NCBI GenBank assembly: GCA_963727445.1
Contig: CAVSGI010000012.1
Span: forward strand, 192,001 to 256,000
Source: an uncultured delta proteobacterium
GTDB lineage: Bacteria; Myxococcota_A; Polyangia; Polyangiales; B10-G4
Length of the DNA: 64,000 nucleotides
Reading direction: 5' to 3'
Within the stretch, counting starts at the first letter, position 1. Each line of letters starts with the position of its first letter. Shown here in pieces: positions 30,122-40,919 of this stretch. Under the pieces are notes generated by a model. It was not told the origin of the DNA. It made no database searches and worked only from the letters and a program-made list of their open reading frames with translations. The position numbers and the translations under genes were made by a program.

Positions 30122-30509
30122 TTGCCACCGCCCCAAGTCGGACGGACGGGACACGCGAGGCGAGCCGTCGCCCAGCCGATTCGGTCCGCCCGGACGGACG
30201 GGACACGCAAAGCGAGCGGTCGCCCGGCCAACCCACGCGGCCCCGCAAACCCTCCGTCACCAAACGGCCCCAGCCACCCGCACGCCTCCAACCCACACCA
30301 CCCCGTCCCACGCCCCCGCGCACCACGCCGCTCGCGACTTCATCCTCCGTCGCCACATCGGCCACCCCCGCTCCCATCAGCCAAAAGTCGCCACCGCCGA
30401 GGCAACCCATCACCTCGTGCGCTCGCGCCGGCGCGCGACACCCGAAGCCCCACACCCGCGACGCGGCGAGCGGCCAGCCATCGACTGCGCCAGCTTCCCC
30501 ACCCAGAAC

Positions 30510-30540
30510 AAAAAGGGCCGACTCCCTCAGGAGCCGGCCC
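30510..30540 (-). terminator. Rho-independent terminator of the ECF sigma gene
   Basis: Minus strand GGGCCGGCTCC-TGAG-GGAGTCGGCCC followed by TTTTT. Confidence 0.8.
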
Positions 30541-30575
30541 ATGACCGATGACGATGAGTTCGAAGTGAAAGCGAA

Positions 30576-31217
30576 TCAGGCGGCGGCGGCGACCTCGGCG
30601 GGGCCGAGGGCCTGCTCGAGGCGGCAGCGGATCTTGTGCTTCTTGGAGTAGACGGTCTTGACCGAGATTGCCATCTCCTCGGCGACCTCTTCCGGGGTCA
30701 TGCCGTCGACGTAGTAGAGCTTCACGAAGTGGCGGTCCTTGCTGGAGAACTGCTCGAGGGTCTCGTTGACGAGGGCCCAGCGCTCCTTCTTCAGGACCAT
30801 GTCGCAGGGGTCGACCATCGAGGCGCGCATGTCCTCGGCCTCGGTGAGCTCGGTGGTCTGCGGCTGCCGCGCGACGCTGCGAAGGTAATCCCACGCGGTG
30901 TTGGTGGCGAGCAGGCCGATCCAGCTGGAGAGCTTGTTGCCGCGCTCGGGCTGGTAGCAGCGGAGCTTGTGCATGTCACGAGCGGTGATGTTCATGAGGA
31001 ACTGAGCGTAGATCTCGCGCACGTCCTCGCTCGACACGACACTGCTGAAGCGGCCGGTGACCTTGTGGATGCAGCGGTACACCAGGCGGTCGAAGCGGCG
31101 GTGGAACTCGCGCCATGCGGCGGGCTGCTTCATGAGCATCGAGGCGAGAAGCTCTTCGTCGGTCCAGTCAGCGGTCGGGGTCTTGGTCAGCAGGGTGTTC
31201 ATCGTGTCCTCCGTCAT
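30576..31217 (-). CDS. ECF-type RNA polymerase sigma-70 factor
   Basis: AWREFHRRFDRLVY, LSSWIGLLATNTAWDYLR (region 2), YYVDGMTPEEVAEEMAISVKTVYSKKHK (region 4). Confidence 0.9.
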   Translation of the reverse strand: MTEDTMNTLLTKTPTADWTDEELLASMLMKQPAAWREFHRRFDRLVYRCIHKVTGRFSSVVSSEDVREIYAQFLMNITARDMHKLRCYQPERGNKLSSWIGLLATNTAWDYLRSVARQPQTTELTEAEDMRASMVDPCDMVLKKERWALVNETLEQFSSKDRHFVKLYYVDGMTPEEVAEEMAISVKTVYSKKHKIRCRLEQALGPAEVAAAA

Positions 31218-31486
31218 CGGTCGACAGGGGACTCTGCAGCGGGTGTGCCAAGCACCTACCCGCCCCTTCATTATCGAAATCGCAAAGAAAAAAGGCCTGC
31301 GCCCGGTGAAGAATGCCCTGGCGAGGCCTCGCAGCGATGCACTGTTACGCGTGACGGCGTAACACCTACTGTTACGGTGTTGCGGATCCCGTAACCGTCG
31401 TCACCTCTTGTTACGTCACGGGCGATCCGCCCTTCCCAAAAAAAATTCTCGAGAACACAGACGCCTCGGGATTGTCTCGATCGTTG

Positions 31487-32692
31487 ATGGCCACACGGTT
31501 CGCGCTCGCCCCCTTCGCTCTCTCCCTGGTCACCCTCGCTGCGTGCGGTGGTTCGACCCCCACCCCCCAAACCGCCGCCGATGCCGACCGCGAGGTGGTG
31601 GAGATGGACGAGCTCAGGATCACCGCCCGTCAGACCGACGAGGGCCTCGAGTTCGACAGCTACGATGCGGAGACGCTCTTCTATCGCGCGACCGAGCTCC
31701 TCAACAGCCGGCGCTGCCCCGACGCGGTCACCCTCTACGACCGCCTCGCCGACGAGTTCCCCGGCAGTCGCTACCGCTCCCCGGCCCTCTACAACGCCGG
31801 CCTCTGTCTCGCCGACACCGACGACCTCGAGGGTAGCGTCGCCCGCTTCGAGCGCTTGATCGAGGAGGAGCCCCAGAGCCCCGACGTCAAGCACGCGACC
31901 TTCAACCTCGCCAAGCTCCTCATCGACCTCGAGCACTACGACCGCGCCCTCGAGACCGCCGACCGTCTCCTGCGCCGCACCGACCTCAGCAGTGACGAGC
32001 GCATGGAGGCGATGGCCCGCCGCTCTCAGGCGCTCCTCGGCCGCAATGATCTCGACGACGCGGAGCGCACCGCCCGCATGGCCGTGACCTATTATCGGAC
32101 GCGGCCCGAGGCCGAGCTGGTCAACGACCCCTTCTTCGCCGCCGCCGCGAACTTCGTGCTCGCCGACGCCATCCGGCGCAAGGCCGCCGCGATGGCCATC
32201 CCCGAGGCCGAGGTGGAGCGCCAGCGCGAGGTCCTCGAGCGCCGCGCTCAGTACATGCTTCGGGCGCAGCGCGAGTACTTCAACACCATGTCGCTCACCA
32301 ACGCCCACTGGGCGGCGGCGGCCGGCTACGAGATCGGCGCGATGTACGACAAGTTCTGGCAGGACATCATGAGCGCGCCCACGCCGCCGCCTCGCAACCC
32401 GCTGCCCCCCGGTACCTACGACGACTATGCCGACGAGTATCGTCACGAGCTCGCCCGCCTGGTCGAGCCCCTCATCCGCCACGCCATCCGCTACTGGGAG
32501 CTCACCCTGATGATGGTGGAGCGCACCCAGTCCCAGACGCCCTGGGCGACGCGCATCCGCGAGGACCTCGAGCGGGCGCGGCAGCGGCTCATCACCCAGC
32601 CCGGGGAGCCCCCGATGCCCGATGACCCCGATGCCGCTGCGCCCGAAGCGCCTCCGAGCGACGAGACCGGCGAGGCCCTCTCCGAGCCGTGA
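31487..32692 (+). CDS. TPR-repeat lipoprotein (CpoB/BamD-like N-terminal repeats)
   Basis: Lipobox LAAC; EFPGSRYRSPALYNAG TPR pattern. Confidence 0.75.
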   Translation: MATRFALAPFALSLVTLAACGGSTPTPQTAADADREVVEMDELRITARQTDEGLEFDSYDAETLFYRATELLNSRRCPDAVTLYDRLADEFPGSRYRSPALYNAGLCLADTDDLEGSVARFERLIEEEPQSPDVKHATFNLAKLLIDLEHYDRALETADRLLRRTDLSSDERMEAMARRSQALLGRNDLDDAERTARMAVTYYRTRPEAELVNDPFFAAAANFVLADAIRRKAAAMAIPEAEVERQREVLERRAQYMLRAQREYFNTMSLTNAHWAAAAGYEIGAMYDKFWQDIMSAPTPPPRNPLPPGTYDDYADEYRHELARLVEPLIRHAIRYWELTLMMVERTQSQTPWATRIREDLERARQRLITQPGEPPMPDDPDAAAPEAPPSDETGEALSEP

Positions 32693-32725
32693 TCGCTCCG
32701 TCGCCTTTCGTGGCAACCTAGACGC

Positions 32726-33745
32726 GTGTCTGGGGACGAGGATCGACCCGAGGAAGAGAGCGATGGCGGCGAGTCGCTTCAGCTCTCCAACATCCGCAGC
32801 CTCGACGACACCGGCACCACCTCACTCACGTCCTTCTTGACGAAGCCCGTGCCGCGCAAGCGCACGCCCCTGCCTCGGGTGCGCTCGAAGGTGGCCGAGG
32901 CGGCGCCACCGACCGAGGCGCCGAGCACACCGGCCGAGGCGGCGCCACCGACCGAGGCGTCGAGCACACCGACGCCCCCCGAGCCTCCACAGGTCGAGCC
33001 GGCCTCAGAGTCGCGCGCGAAGGAGCGGAGCACCCCGCTCTTCCTCGGGATCGGCCTCGTCTCCGCCGCCCTGCTCGCCATCGTGTGGGTCGGAAGCGGC
33101 GCGGGCTCGATGGTGGAATCGGAGGTGGAAGCGGCAGGTGAGGCCGAGACCGAGACCGAAGCCGAAACGGGGAGCGACACCACGGCCGAGGTGGAGGCGG
33201 TAGCGGCGGGCGTGGCCGAGGCGGTGGGCGTGGCGGGTTCGGGCACCGACGAGGAAGTCGCCGAAGAGGTCGGCGACCATTCGGCCCCCACCGATCCGGC
33301 AGCGGACCTCGCGCCCCTCGCCGTGCTCCCCGTGACGCCGCCCGAGATCCTCAGCCAGAACACCTGGGCGCGCCGCAACCGCGCCGCCGAGATCCGCGCC
33401 GAGGCGCGATCGCTCTATGGGGCCGAGCGATGGGAAGAAGCGCGCGACAAGCTGCTCCTCTCGCTGCAGTGGGATCCCACCAACACCGACGCCCAGCGCA
33501 ACGTCTCGCGCACCTATCAGCAGATGCGCGAGATGGAGCAAGCGCTCTCCTGGTCCCGCCGCGCCATCGCCACCGATCCGAGCGACCCGCGCAGCCACGA
33601 GCTCCTCGGCGATCAGCTCCTCATGTTGGGTCACCGCGTCGAAGCGCTCGCGGCCTATCGCGCTGGCCTCTCCGCCGCCCCCGACGACGCCCGCCTCAAG
33701 CTGCGCGTCCGACGGCTCGAGGACTCGCCTCAGGCCGTGCCTTGA
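32726..33745 (+). CDS. Bitopic membrane protein with C-terminal TPRs
   Basis: Pro-rich N-terminus with duplicated AEAAPPTEAxSTP, one TM, TPR motifs. Confidence 0.7.
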   Translation: MSGDEDRPEEESDGGESLQLSNIRSLDDTGTTSLTSFLTKPVPRKRTPLPRVRSKVAEAAPPTEAPSTPAEAAPPTEASSTPTPPEPPQVEPASESRAKERSTPLFLGIGLVSAALLAIVWVGSGAGSMVESEVEAAGEAETETEAETGSDTTAEVEAVAAGVAEAVGVAGSGTDEEVAEEVGDHSAPTDPAADLAPLAVLPVTPPEILSQNTWARRNRAAEIRAEARSLYGAERWEEARDKLLLSLQWDPTNTDAQRNVSRTYQQMREMEQALSWSRRAIATDPSDPRSHELLGDQLLMLGHRVEALAAYRAGLSAAPDDARLKLRVRRLEDSPQAVP

Positions 33746-33781
33746 GGGCGGCCATGCGACGACGCGGATCCCACGCGCGCG

Positions 33782-34900
33782 TCAGATCGTCGTGCCGAGG
33801 TACCAGATGACGTAGAGGTACTGGAACGTGCAGCCGGAGCACCAGTACTCGGGGTCTTCGGGCTGGGCGATGCGGCCGTCCATCCAGTGGTGCAGGAGCT
33901 TGTTCTGCTCGGGGTCGTAGAGGTGGGTGCGGCCGAGGTCGAGGACGAAGATGGCCTCGTCGAAGAAGCGACTGTCTTGGCTCTCCTGATAGAGGAGGGT
34001 GAGCGCGAGGGCGAGGTAGTTCTGACTCGACAAGGTGCTGAAGTCGTCGGTCATGGCGCCCATGTGCTCCGCGCTGTAGGGCGAGCGGTAGCCGCCGCGC
34101 TCGTCGGCGCGCAGGGGCTGGATGGCGTCGAAGACCGCGAGGGCGCGCGAGAGGTGGGCCTCGTCTCCGGTCAGCTGATGCAGCCGGCACAGGACGAGCA
34201 TCATCATCGTGTTCGGGTAGAGGAAGAGCTCCTCCTCGCCGGGCTCGAAGAGGTAGCGGGTGCCGTCCCAGGCGTTGCGGTCGATGGCGGCGACGACGGT
34301 CAGGGCGGTGTCGAGGCGTTCGGTGCTTCTGTCGGTGTCGAGATAGTAGGCGTACTGGAGGTTCAGGAGCGCCGCGCCGCCGGTGATCGACGTGGGGCCG
34401 TAGGTCGACAGGGCGAAGGAGCCGATGTCGGCGCCGGAGGGCAGGTAGTTGGCGAAGAGCCAGAGGAGCTGGTTGGTCTCGTCGACGAATCGATCGATGA
34501 GCGGCACGTCCGAGGTGTCACCCGTCGCGTCGACGTATTCGATGAGGCCGAGCGCGCTCATCAGCGCTTCCTCCATGTTGGCGAGGTAGAAGTCGCGGCT
34601 GTCCGCGGCCTGCGTCACCAGCATCCGGTCGTAGTCCCGCGCCCGCGCCGCGACCTCGCCGAAGCGGGGATCGCTTCGCTCGTTGGCGAGGCGCGCGTGG
34701 AGCGCGGTGCCGTAGAAGGGCGCGTCGCCGTAGTCGTCGGCCCAGTCTCCGTCGACCTGGTCGAAGGTCGTGGTGCTCTCGAGGATCGTCTCGAAGAAAG
34801 ACGTCAGCTCGGCCGGCATCTCCGGGGGAGGTGACGCGACGGGGGGCACCGAAGTGCTGCAGCTCGCGAGCAACACGAACGAGGGAAGCAAGCGCCACAC
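33782..34900 (-). CDS. Lipoprotein, possibly six-hairpin glycosidase-like (alpha/alpha barrel)
   Basis: Lipobox LASC; LHQLTGDEAHLSRA and LYQESQDSRFFDEA repeats. Confidence 0.55.
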   Translation of the reverse strand: MWRLLPSFVLLASCSTSVPPVASPPPEMPAELTSFFETILESTTTFDQVDGDWADDYGDAPFYGTALHARLANERSDPRFGEVAARARDYDRMLVTQAADSRDFYLANMEEALMSALGLIEYVDATGDTSDVPLIDRFVDETNQLLWLFANYLPSGADIGSFALSTYGPTSITGGAALLNLQYAYYLDTDRSTERLDTALTVVAAIDRNAWDGTRYLFEPGEEELFLYPNTMMMLVLCRLHQLTGDEAHLSRALAVFDAIQPLRADERGGYRSPYSAEHMGAMTDDFSTLSSQNYLALALTLLYQESQDSRFFDEAIFVLDLGRTHLYDPEQNKLLHHWMDGRIAQPEDPEYWCSGCTFQYLYVIWYLGTTI

Positions 34901-35073
34901 GATCGGAGGATAGCCCGTCGGACGCGGAGGGGCAGGCGACGCGTCAGGGCGGACAATTCCGATCGGACTGCGTAACTCCCCAACATGTTTGAGTCACCCT
35001 CCCCGTTCGAGGCTTGCGCAGCCATGGCCAACTCTTACTCTCGATAGCTCGGGGAAGCGTCCAGGGGGGACCC

Positions 35074-35238
35074 ATGAGCATTCGGCCCAAGACCAACGCA
35101 GAAAAAGAAGCTCAGAGGACGAAGGAAGCCAGCGGTGTGAAGACAGCCGGCGCGCCAGAGCCCGACGATCCTTTTGCCGAGTTCCACGACGGCTGGGAGC
35201 CGGTTCGCAAGCGCAAGTCGGCCCCGCCGAACGAGTGA
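35074..35238 (+). CDS. Possible small hypothetical protein (54 aa)
   Basis: AGGGGGGA RBS-like sequence before ATG; no motif. Confidence 0.3.
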   Translation: MSIRPKTNAEKEAQRTKEASGVKTAGAPEPDDPFAEFHDGWEPVRKRKSAPPNE

Positions 35239-35316
35239 ATTTCTCGGCCCGTCAGTGGCCAGGGCAGAGAGGGGGCCAGACCGAGGCTCCCACCGAATTC
35301 GCCGCACTTCTCTCGC

Positions 35317-35345
35317 TTGACACACCCCAATTCGAGGCGTATCTA
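35317..35345 (+). promoter_or_regulatory. Sigma70-like promoter of the tRNA-tuf operon
   Basis: TTGACA-17 nt-TATCTA followed by a GC-rich stretch, ~90 bp upstream of the first tRNA. Confidence 0.6.
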
Positions 35346-35435
35346 AGCCGCCCCTCGAACCGCTGATGGGGTGGTTTCGTTTACCTTTTTGGCGGGTCTG
35401 GGGGAGCGGTTTCGGGCTCCGGCTCGGGGTCGTTG

Positions 35436-35507
35436 GCTGGCGTAGCTCAATGGTAGAGCACCTGTTTTGTAAACAGGTGGCTGTGGGTTCGAGTCCCGTC
35501 GCCAGCT
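35436..35507 (+). tRNA. tRNA-Thr(TGT)
   Basis: GCTGGCG acceptor stem; CCTGT-TT-TGT-AA-ACAGG; GTTCGAGT T-loop. Confidence 0.95.
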
Positions 35508-35539
35508 CGCTCTTTAGATAGATAAACCGACGTGTTTCC

Positions 35540-35622
35540 GGAGGGTTGCCCGAGCGGCCAAAGGGAGCAGACTGTAAATCTGCCGGCTTATGCCTACGGT
35601 GGTTCGAATCCACCACCCTCCA
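35540..35622 (+). tRNA. tRNA-Tyr(GTA)
   Basis: GGAGGGT/ACCCTCC; GCAGA-CT-GTA-AA-TCTGC; long variable arm. Confidence 0.95.
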
Positions 35623-35633
35623 CCCACTCGTTT

Positions 35634-35706
35634 GCGGGAGTAGCTCAGTTGGTAGAGCGTCAGCCTTCCAAGCTGAACGTCGCCGGTTCGACCCCGGTCT
35701 CCCGCT
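35634..35706 (+). tRNA. tRNA-Gly(TCC)
   Basis: GCGGGAG/CTCCCGC; TCAGC-CT-TCC-AA-GCTGA. Confidence 0.95.
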
Positions 35707-35788
35707 CCGGTCCAACAGAAGGCGAAGACGACGTCAGTCGACTCGTAGCTGGATTGGCGGACCTAGCACGTCGGTAAGCAGTGAATTT

Positions 35789-35863
35789 GCCCAGGTAGCT
35801 CAGTGGTAGAGCACCTCCTTGGTAAGGAGGAGGTCGTGAGTTCAAGCCTCATCCTGGGCTCCA
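35789..35863 (+). tRNA. tRNA-Thr(GGT)
   Basis: GCCCAGG/CCTGGGC with encoded CCA; CTCC-TT-GGT-AA-GGAG. Confidence 0.95.
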
Positions 35864-35897
35864 TCGGACCCATGAGGTCGACGGAGGATCGCGAAAG

Positions 35898-37087
<1,190 letters not shown>

Positions 37088-37088
<1 letters not shown>

Positions 37089-37249
37089 TGGGCGACCGGG
37101 TCCGAGTGGCCCTCGCCTGCGAGAAGTGCGGCGCGCGGAACTACCACACGACGAAGGCCCCGAAAAAAGGGGCCTCGTCGAAGCGCCTCTCATTGAAGAA
37201 GTACTGTCCCACCTGTGGGCAACACACGAATCACCTGGAATCCAAATAG
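37088..37249 (+). CDS. rpmG: 50S ribosomal protein L33 (zinc-binding form)
   Basis: LACEKCGARNY-TTK...LKKYCPTCGQHTNH-E-K. Confidence 0.92.
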
Positions 37250-37321
37250 GCCAGTAGCTCCAATTGGTAGAGCAGCTGATTCCAAATCAGCGGGTTGGGG
37301 GTTCGAATCCCTCCTGGCCTG
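37248..37321 (+). tRNA. tRNA-Trp(CCA)
   Basis: AGGCCAG/CTGGCCT; GCTGA-TT-CCA-AA-TCAGC; GTTCGAAT. Confidence 0.95.
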
Positions 37322-37355
37322 CCGAGCGGTGAGAGACGAAGTCGAGGACTGACAA

Positions 37356-37772
37356 ATGGTTGATGAAGCGGAAGAGAAGGTCGAGAGAGAAGCCGTCGGC
37401 GCGAGCCGTACTCTCGGCATCGAGCGCTGGGTCCAGTTCGGCTTCATCGCCATGGCGGTCATCACCTTCTGGCTCTCCGACAAGATCATCTTCGCGATCT
37501 GGGATCAGTTCGCGGAGCCTGATCCGACGCTCGTGGCGGGTTGTGCAGCGCTCGTCGGCATCGCCGGTGCGTGGATCGCCTACAGGCGCGAGGACTCGAA
37601 GGCCTTCGCTCAGGAGGCGGTGGCCGAGCTCTCCAAGGTCGCCTGGCCCTCGCGCAAAGAGACCTGGCAGAACACGGTGGTGACGGTGGTCGTGTCGATC
37701 ATCGCCGCCATCATCCTCTTCGCCTTCGACGCCACCTGGTCGGCGATCACCGACCTCATCTACAAGGTGTAG
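37356..37772 (+). CDS. secE: Preprotein translocase subunit SecE (3-TM form)
   Basis: ELSKVAWPSRKET; position between tRNA-Trp and nusG. Confidence 0.93.
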   Translation: MVDEAEEKVEREAVGASRTLGIERWVQFGFIAMAVITFWLSDKIIFAIWDQFAEPDPTLVAGCAALVGIAGAWIAYRREDSKAFAQEAVAELSKVAWPSRKETWQNTVVTVVVSIIAAIILFAFDATWSAITDLIYKV

Positions 37773-37774
37773 TG

Positions 37775-38518
37775 ATGGAAGGCGAGACCAAGGAAGAAGG
37801 CGCCGTGGAAACTCCGACGGACAGCAACCCGGAACAGAAGGGTGACGAAGTGGAAACCCAGACCGAAGCAGTGAGCACCCCAGCGGCGGAGACCGAGGCG
37901 GCCCCCGAGGAGGCCCCCGAGGCGGTGGCGGCGCCGCCGGAGGCCTTCGCCCCCACCATGCCCAGCCCCGAGCCGCAGCCCGAGGGCCCGAAGAAGAAGT
38001 GGTACGTCGTGCAGGCGTACTCGGGCTACGAGAACAAGGTGAAGCTCTCGCTCCTCGAGCGGATCAAGCAGGCCGGCATGGAGGACAGCTTCGGCGAGAT
38101 CCTCATCCCGAAGGAGAACGTGCAGGAGACCCGCGGCGGCAGCAAGCGCGTCACCACGCGGAACTTCTACCCGGGCTACATCTTCGTGCAGATGGACCTG
38201 AACGAGCACACCTGGCACCTGATCAAGGACACGCCCAAGGTGAGCGGCTTCGTCGGCGGGCGTCATCCGGCGCCGGTTCCGTCGGCGGAGATCAACGCCA
38301 TCGCACAGCAGGTCGCTGAGGGTGCCGCCAAGCCGAAGCCGCGCGTCGTCTTCGAGGAGAACGACCACGTTCGCGTCACCGACGGAGCCTTCGCCAACTT
38401 CACGGGCACCATCGTCGAGGTGAAGCCCGAGAAGCAGAAGGTCCGCGTGCTCGTCTCCATCTTCGGCCGCGCCACGCCGGTCGAGCTGGATTACGCGCAG
38501 GTCGAAAAGACCGCCTGA
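37775..38518 (+). CDS. nusG: Transcription termination/antitermination factor NusG with acidic N-terminal extension
   Basis: WYVVQAYSGYENKV, YPGYIFV, VSIFGRATPVEL. Confidence 0.96.
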   Translation: MEGETKEEGAVETPTDSNPEQKGDEVETQTEAVSTPAAETEAAPEEAPEAVAAPPEAFAPTMPSPEPQPEGPKKKWYVVQAYSGYENKVKLSLLERIKQAGMEDSFGEILIPKENVQETRGGSKRVTTRNFYPGYIFVQMDLNEHTWHLIKDTPKVSGFVGGRHPAPVPSAEINAIAQQVAEGAAKPKPRVVFEENDHVRVTDGAFANFTGTIVEVKPEKQKVRVLVSIFGRATPVELDYAQVEKTA

Positions 38519-38548
38519 CGCGGCATCGCCGACGGACGAACGCCCGGC

Positions 38549-39986
38549 TCACCGCGAGTCGGGCGTTTCTGCGTTCATGGCCTCCACCAGATAGGCGAGC
38601 CCTTCGGTCCGGCGCCGCGACGAGCCCTCGAAGTGACTCTCGTCGGTCGGGCGCCACGCGTGCGTGATGCCGAGCTCTTCGAGCCGCGCGTGGAAGCGCT
38701 CGGCGGGGCGGAAGGTGTCGAAGGCGTCGTTTCGACCCACCGAGAGGAAGAGGTGACCGGACAGCCGCGCTTTGACGCGCTCGGCGACCTCCGGGTCGGC
38801 GAGGAGCGTGAGCGGCTGCTCGTTCATCCACTCGGCAAACCTCTCTTCGTCGACGGCGCCCGATCCGAGATCGAAGGGCCACGCCATTTGCTGAGGCTCC
38901 GAGCGATCGGCGAACTGCGCCGCGTAGCTGATCATCTGCCCCGGCCCACCCAGCGCATCTTCGGCCCGCGTCCACGCGAGCCAGAGCGGCCGCACCACGC
39001 GGCGTTCGTCGACGAGCCAGGCGTCGAAGTCGAGGCCATCCGGCGACGACGCCGCCGCGCCTCCGAAGAGATCCATGCGGCGCAGCGCGAGGGCGACGGA
39101 GTTGTAGCCCCCGGTGGAGTGGCCCAGAAGCGCGCGGCTCTCCGGGTTGGGGTGCGTCCGAAAACGCCGATCGACCTCGGCGACCACCTGCTCGAGGAAG
39201 TGCTCCCACTCGCCCGCGAGCTCCGTGTTTCGGAAGTAGCTCGCGCCGAAACGCGTGCGTCCATCGACGCCCACCAGGATGACGTCGTGATCGGCCTCGG
39301 CGAGGTGCAGGTACTGCGTATCCGTCCCTCCGTAACCGGGAAGCAGATACACCACCGGGTAGCGGCGCCGGGCCGACGCGGCGTACGAGGAGGGGAGGGC
39401 GACGCAGACCCTCCGCGTGGTCTCGTTGTGAATGGCGCCGGCGACGTCGGGCGCTTCCAGCTCGAGGAGCTCGCGCCGCTCGCCCGTGCACGCCTCCTCG
39501 CGCTCGGCCGCCGGGCTTCCGCGCTCGAGCTCGACCACCAGCTCCGTGGCGCCGACCGCTGTCGGCTCCGACGCGCCGACCCACTGCATCTCGTTCGGCT
39601 GGCCCATGAACGCCTTCCACGGATCGCTGCCGTGCGGCTGATAGATGGCGAAGAGGCTTCCCGGCGCGTCGTTGGCCACGTGGCCGATTCTCCGTCGGCG
39701 TGCGGCTCAGGGTCTTCGTCGGCGGGGTCACCCGGATGTTCTGGATGAGCTGGACGAAGTCCGCGTCCGAGGCGTGGCCCTCGCGCAGCGCGGTCAGCGT
39801 CTCGGGGGGCAGCCACGCCCACGCGACGTGGCCCGGACCCACCTCGCCCTCTGTGTCGATGCGCACCGAGAGGCGAAGCTCGGTGGTGGGCGTCGGGGCT
39901 TCGGCCCGAGGAGTCTCGGGCGGGGCAGCCGGCTCGTCGCACGCGGTGAGCAAGAGGACAAAGGCGAGCTTCGTGGTGAGACGCAT
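38549..39986 (-). CDS. Alpha/beta-hydrolase (putative esterase) lipoprotein; apparent frameshift near 39690
   Basis: YPVVYLLPG, GHSTGG nucleophile elbow; lipobox LTAC in the upstream frame. Confidence 0.75.
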
Positions 39987-40005
39987 GGGGGCAGAGGATA
40001 CGAGA

Positions 40006-40890
40006 TCACCGGCGCGCACGGGCGCGGGTCCGCAGTGAGTGCATGGCGGCCTCTTCGACCGCGTTGGGCGCGGCGCCAGTCCGGCGACAGAGCCAGAAGT
40101 GGCTCGCGGGAAAGAGGCGCGAGACGTCGCGCACGACGACCCCCTCGTCGCGTACCCGGTGGCCGGGCAGCAGCGACAGGAACGCCGCGCCGAGCCCGAG
40201 CGAGACGAAGCGCAGCGCCGCGGCGCGTCCATCCACCTCGAAGCGCACCTCGGCGCCGAGGGGCCCGAGCACCGACATCACCCGGCGCCGCGTGCTCGAG
40301 CGCTCGCGGTATCCCACGATGTCGAGCGCGGCCATCGCGCGCGCGTCGACGCGGCGGCGCTGGGCGAGCGGGCTGGTCTTCGGCAGGACGAGCCAGAGCC
40401 GATCGCGACAGAGCTCTTCCGCCTCGATACCTTCCGGCGCATCGGCCGCGCGCACCACGGCCACGTCGGCCGCGCCCGATTGGAGGAGCCTCTGCGCTGC
40501 GTCGGCGCCCGCGCGTCGCACGCGGAGCGAGAGCTCCGGGAACTTCCGCTGCAGATCGTGGAACACCTCGGGCAGGAGCTCGGTGGTGATGGTGCCGGTG
40601 CAAGCGAATGTGAGGTGCGACGGCGCCACGCCGGCCTTGTCGTGCAAGCGCGACACGGCGGCGAAGACGCGCCCGCTCTCTTCGGCCACCGCCTGGCCCA
40701 CCGAGCTCAGGCGTAGACCCGACGCACGCCCCTCGAAGAGCGGCACCCCGAGATGTGCCTCCAGCGTCTGGATCCGCCGCCTCAGGACGCTCGCATCGAC
40801 CCGATTCGCCGCCGCCGCCGCTTCGTAGGCGCCGCGCGGGTCCTGGGTCACGCGTTCGGCGAGGTGCCGAAAGGAGCGTAGGTGCTCCAT
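40006..40890 (-). CDS. LysR-family transcriptional regulator
   Basis: RRIQTLEAHLGVPLFE HTH, FPELSL, VSLGLGAAFL. Confidence 0.85.
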   Translation of the reverse strand: MEHLRSFRHLAERVTQDPRGAYEAAAAANRVDASVLRRRIQTLEAHLGVPLFEGRASGLRLSSVGQAVAEESGRVFAAVSRLHDKAGVAPSHLTFACTGTITTELLPEVFHDLQRKFPELSLRVRRAGADAAQRLLQSGAADVAVVRAADAPEGIEAEELCRDRLWLVLPKTSPLAQRRRVDARAMAALDIVGYRERSSTRRRVMSVLGPLGAEVRFEVDGRAAALRFVSLGLGAAFLSLLPGHRVRDEGVVVRDVSRLFPASHFWLCRRTGAAPNAVEEAAMHSLRTRARARR

Positions 40891-40919
40891 CAGATCGCCG
40901 GGATAGCGGGGTGGATCAA

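Noticed and set aside
29051..30544. 497-aa ORF and other ORFs across the repeat region
   Set aside because: Translations are low-complexity products of stop-poor repeats; the 52-bp period cycles through frames; no RBS or domain
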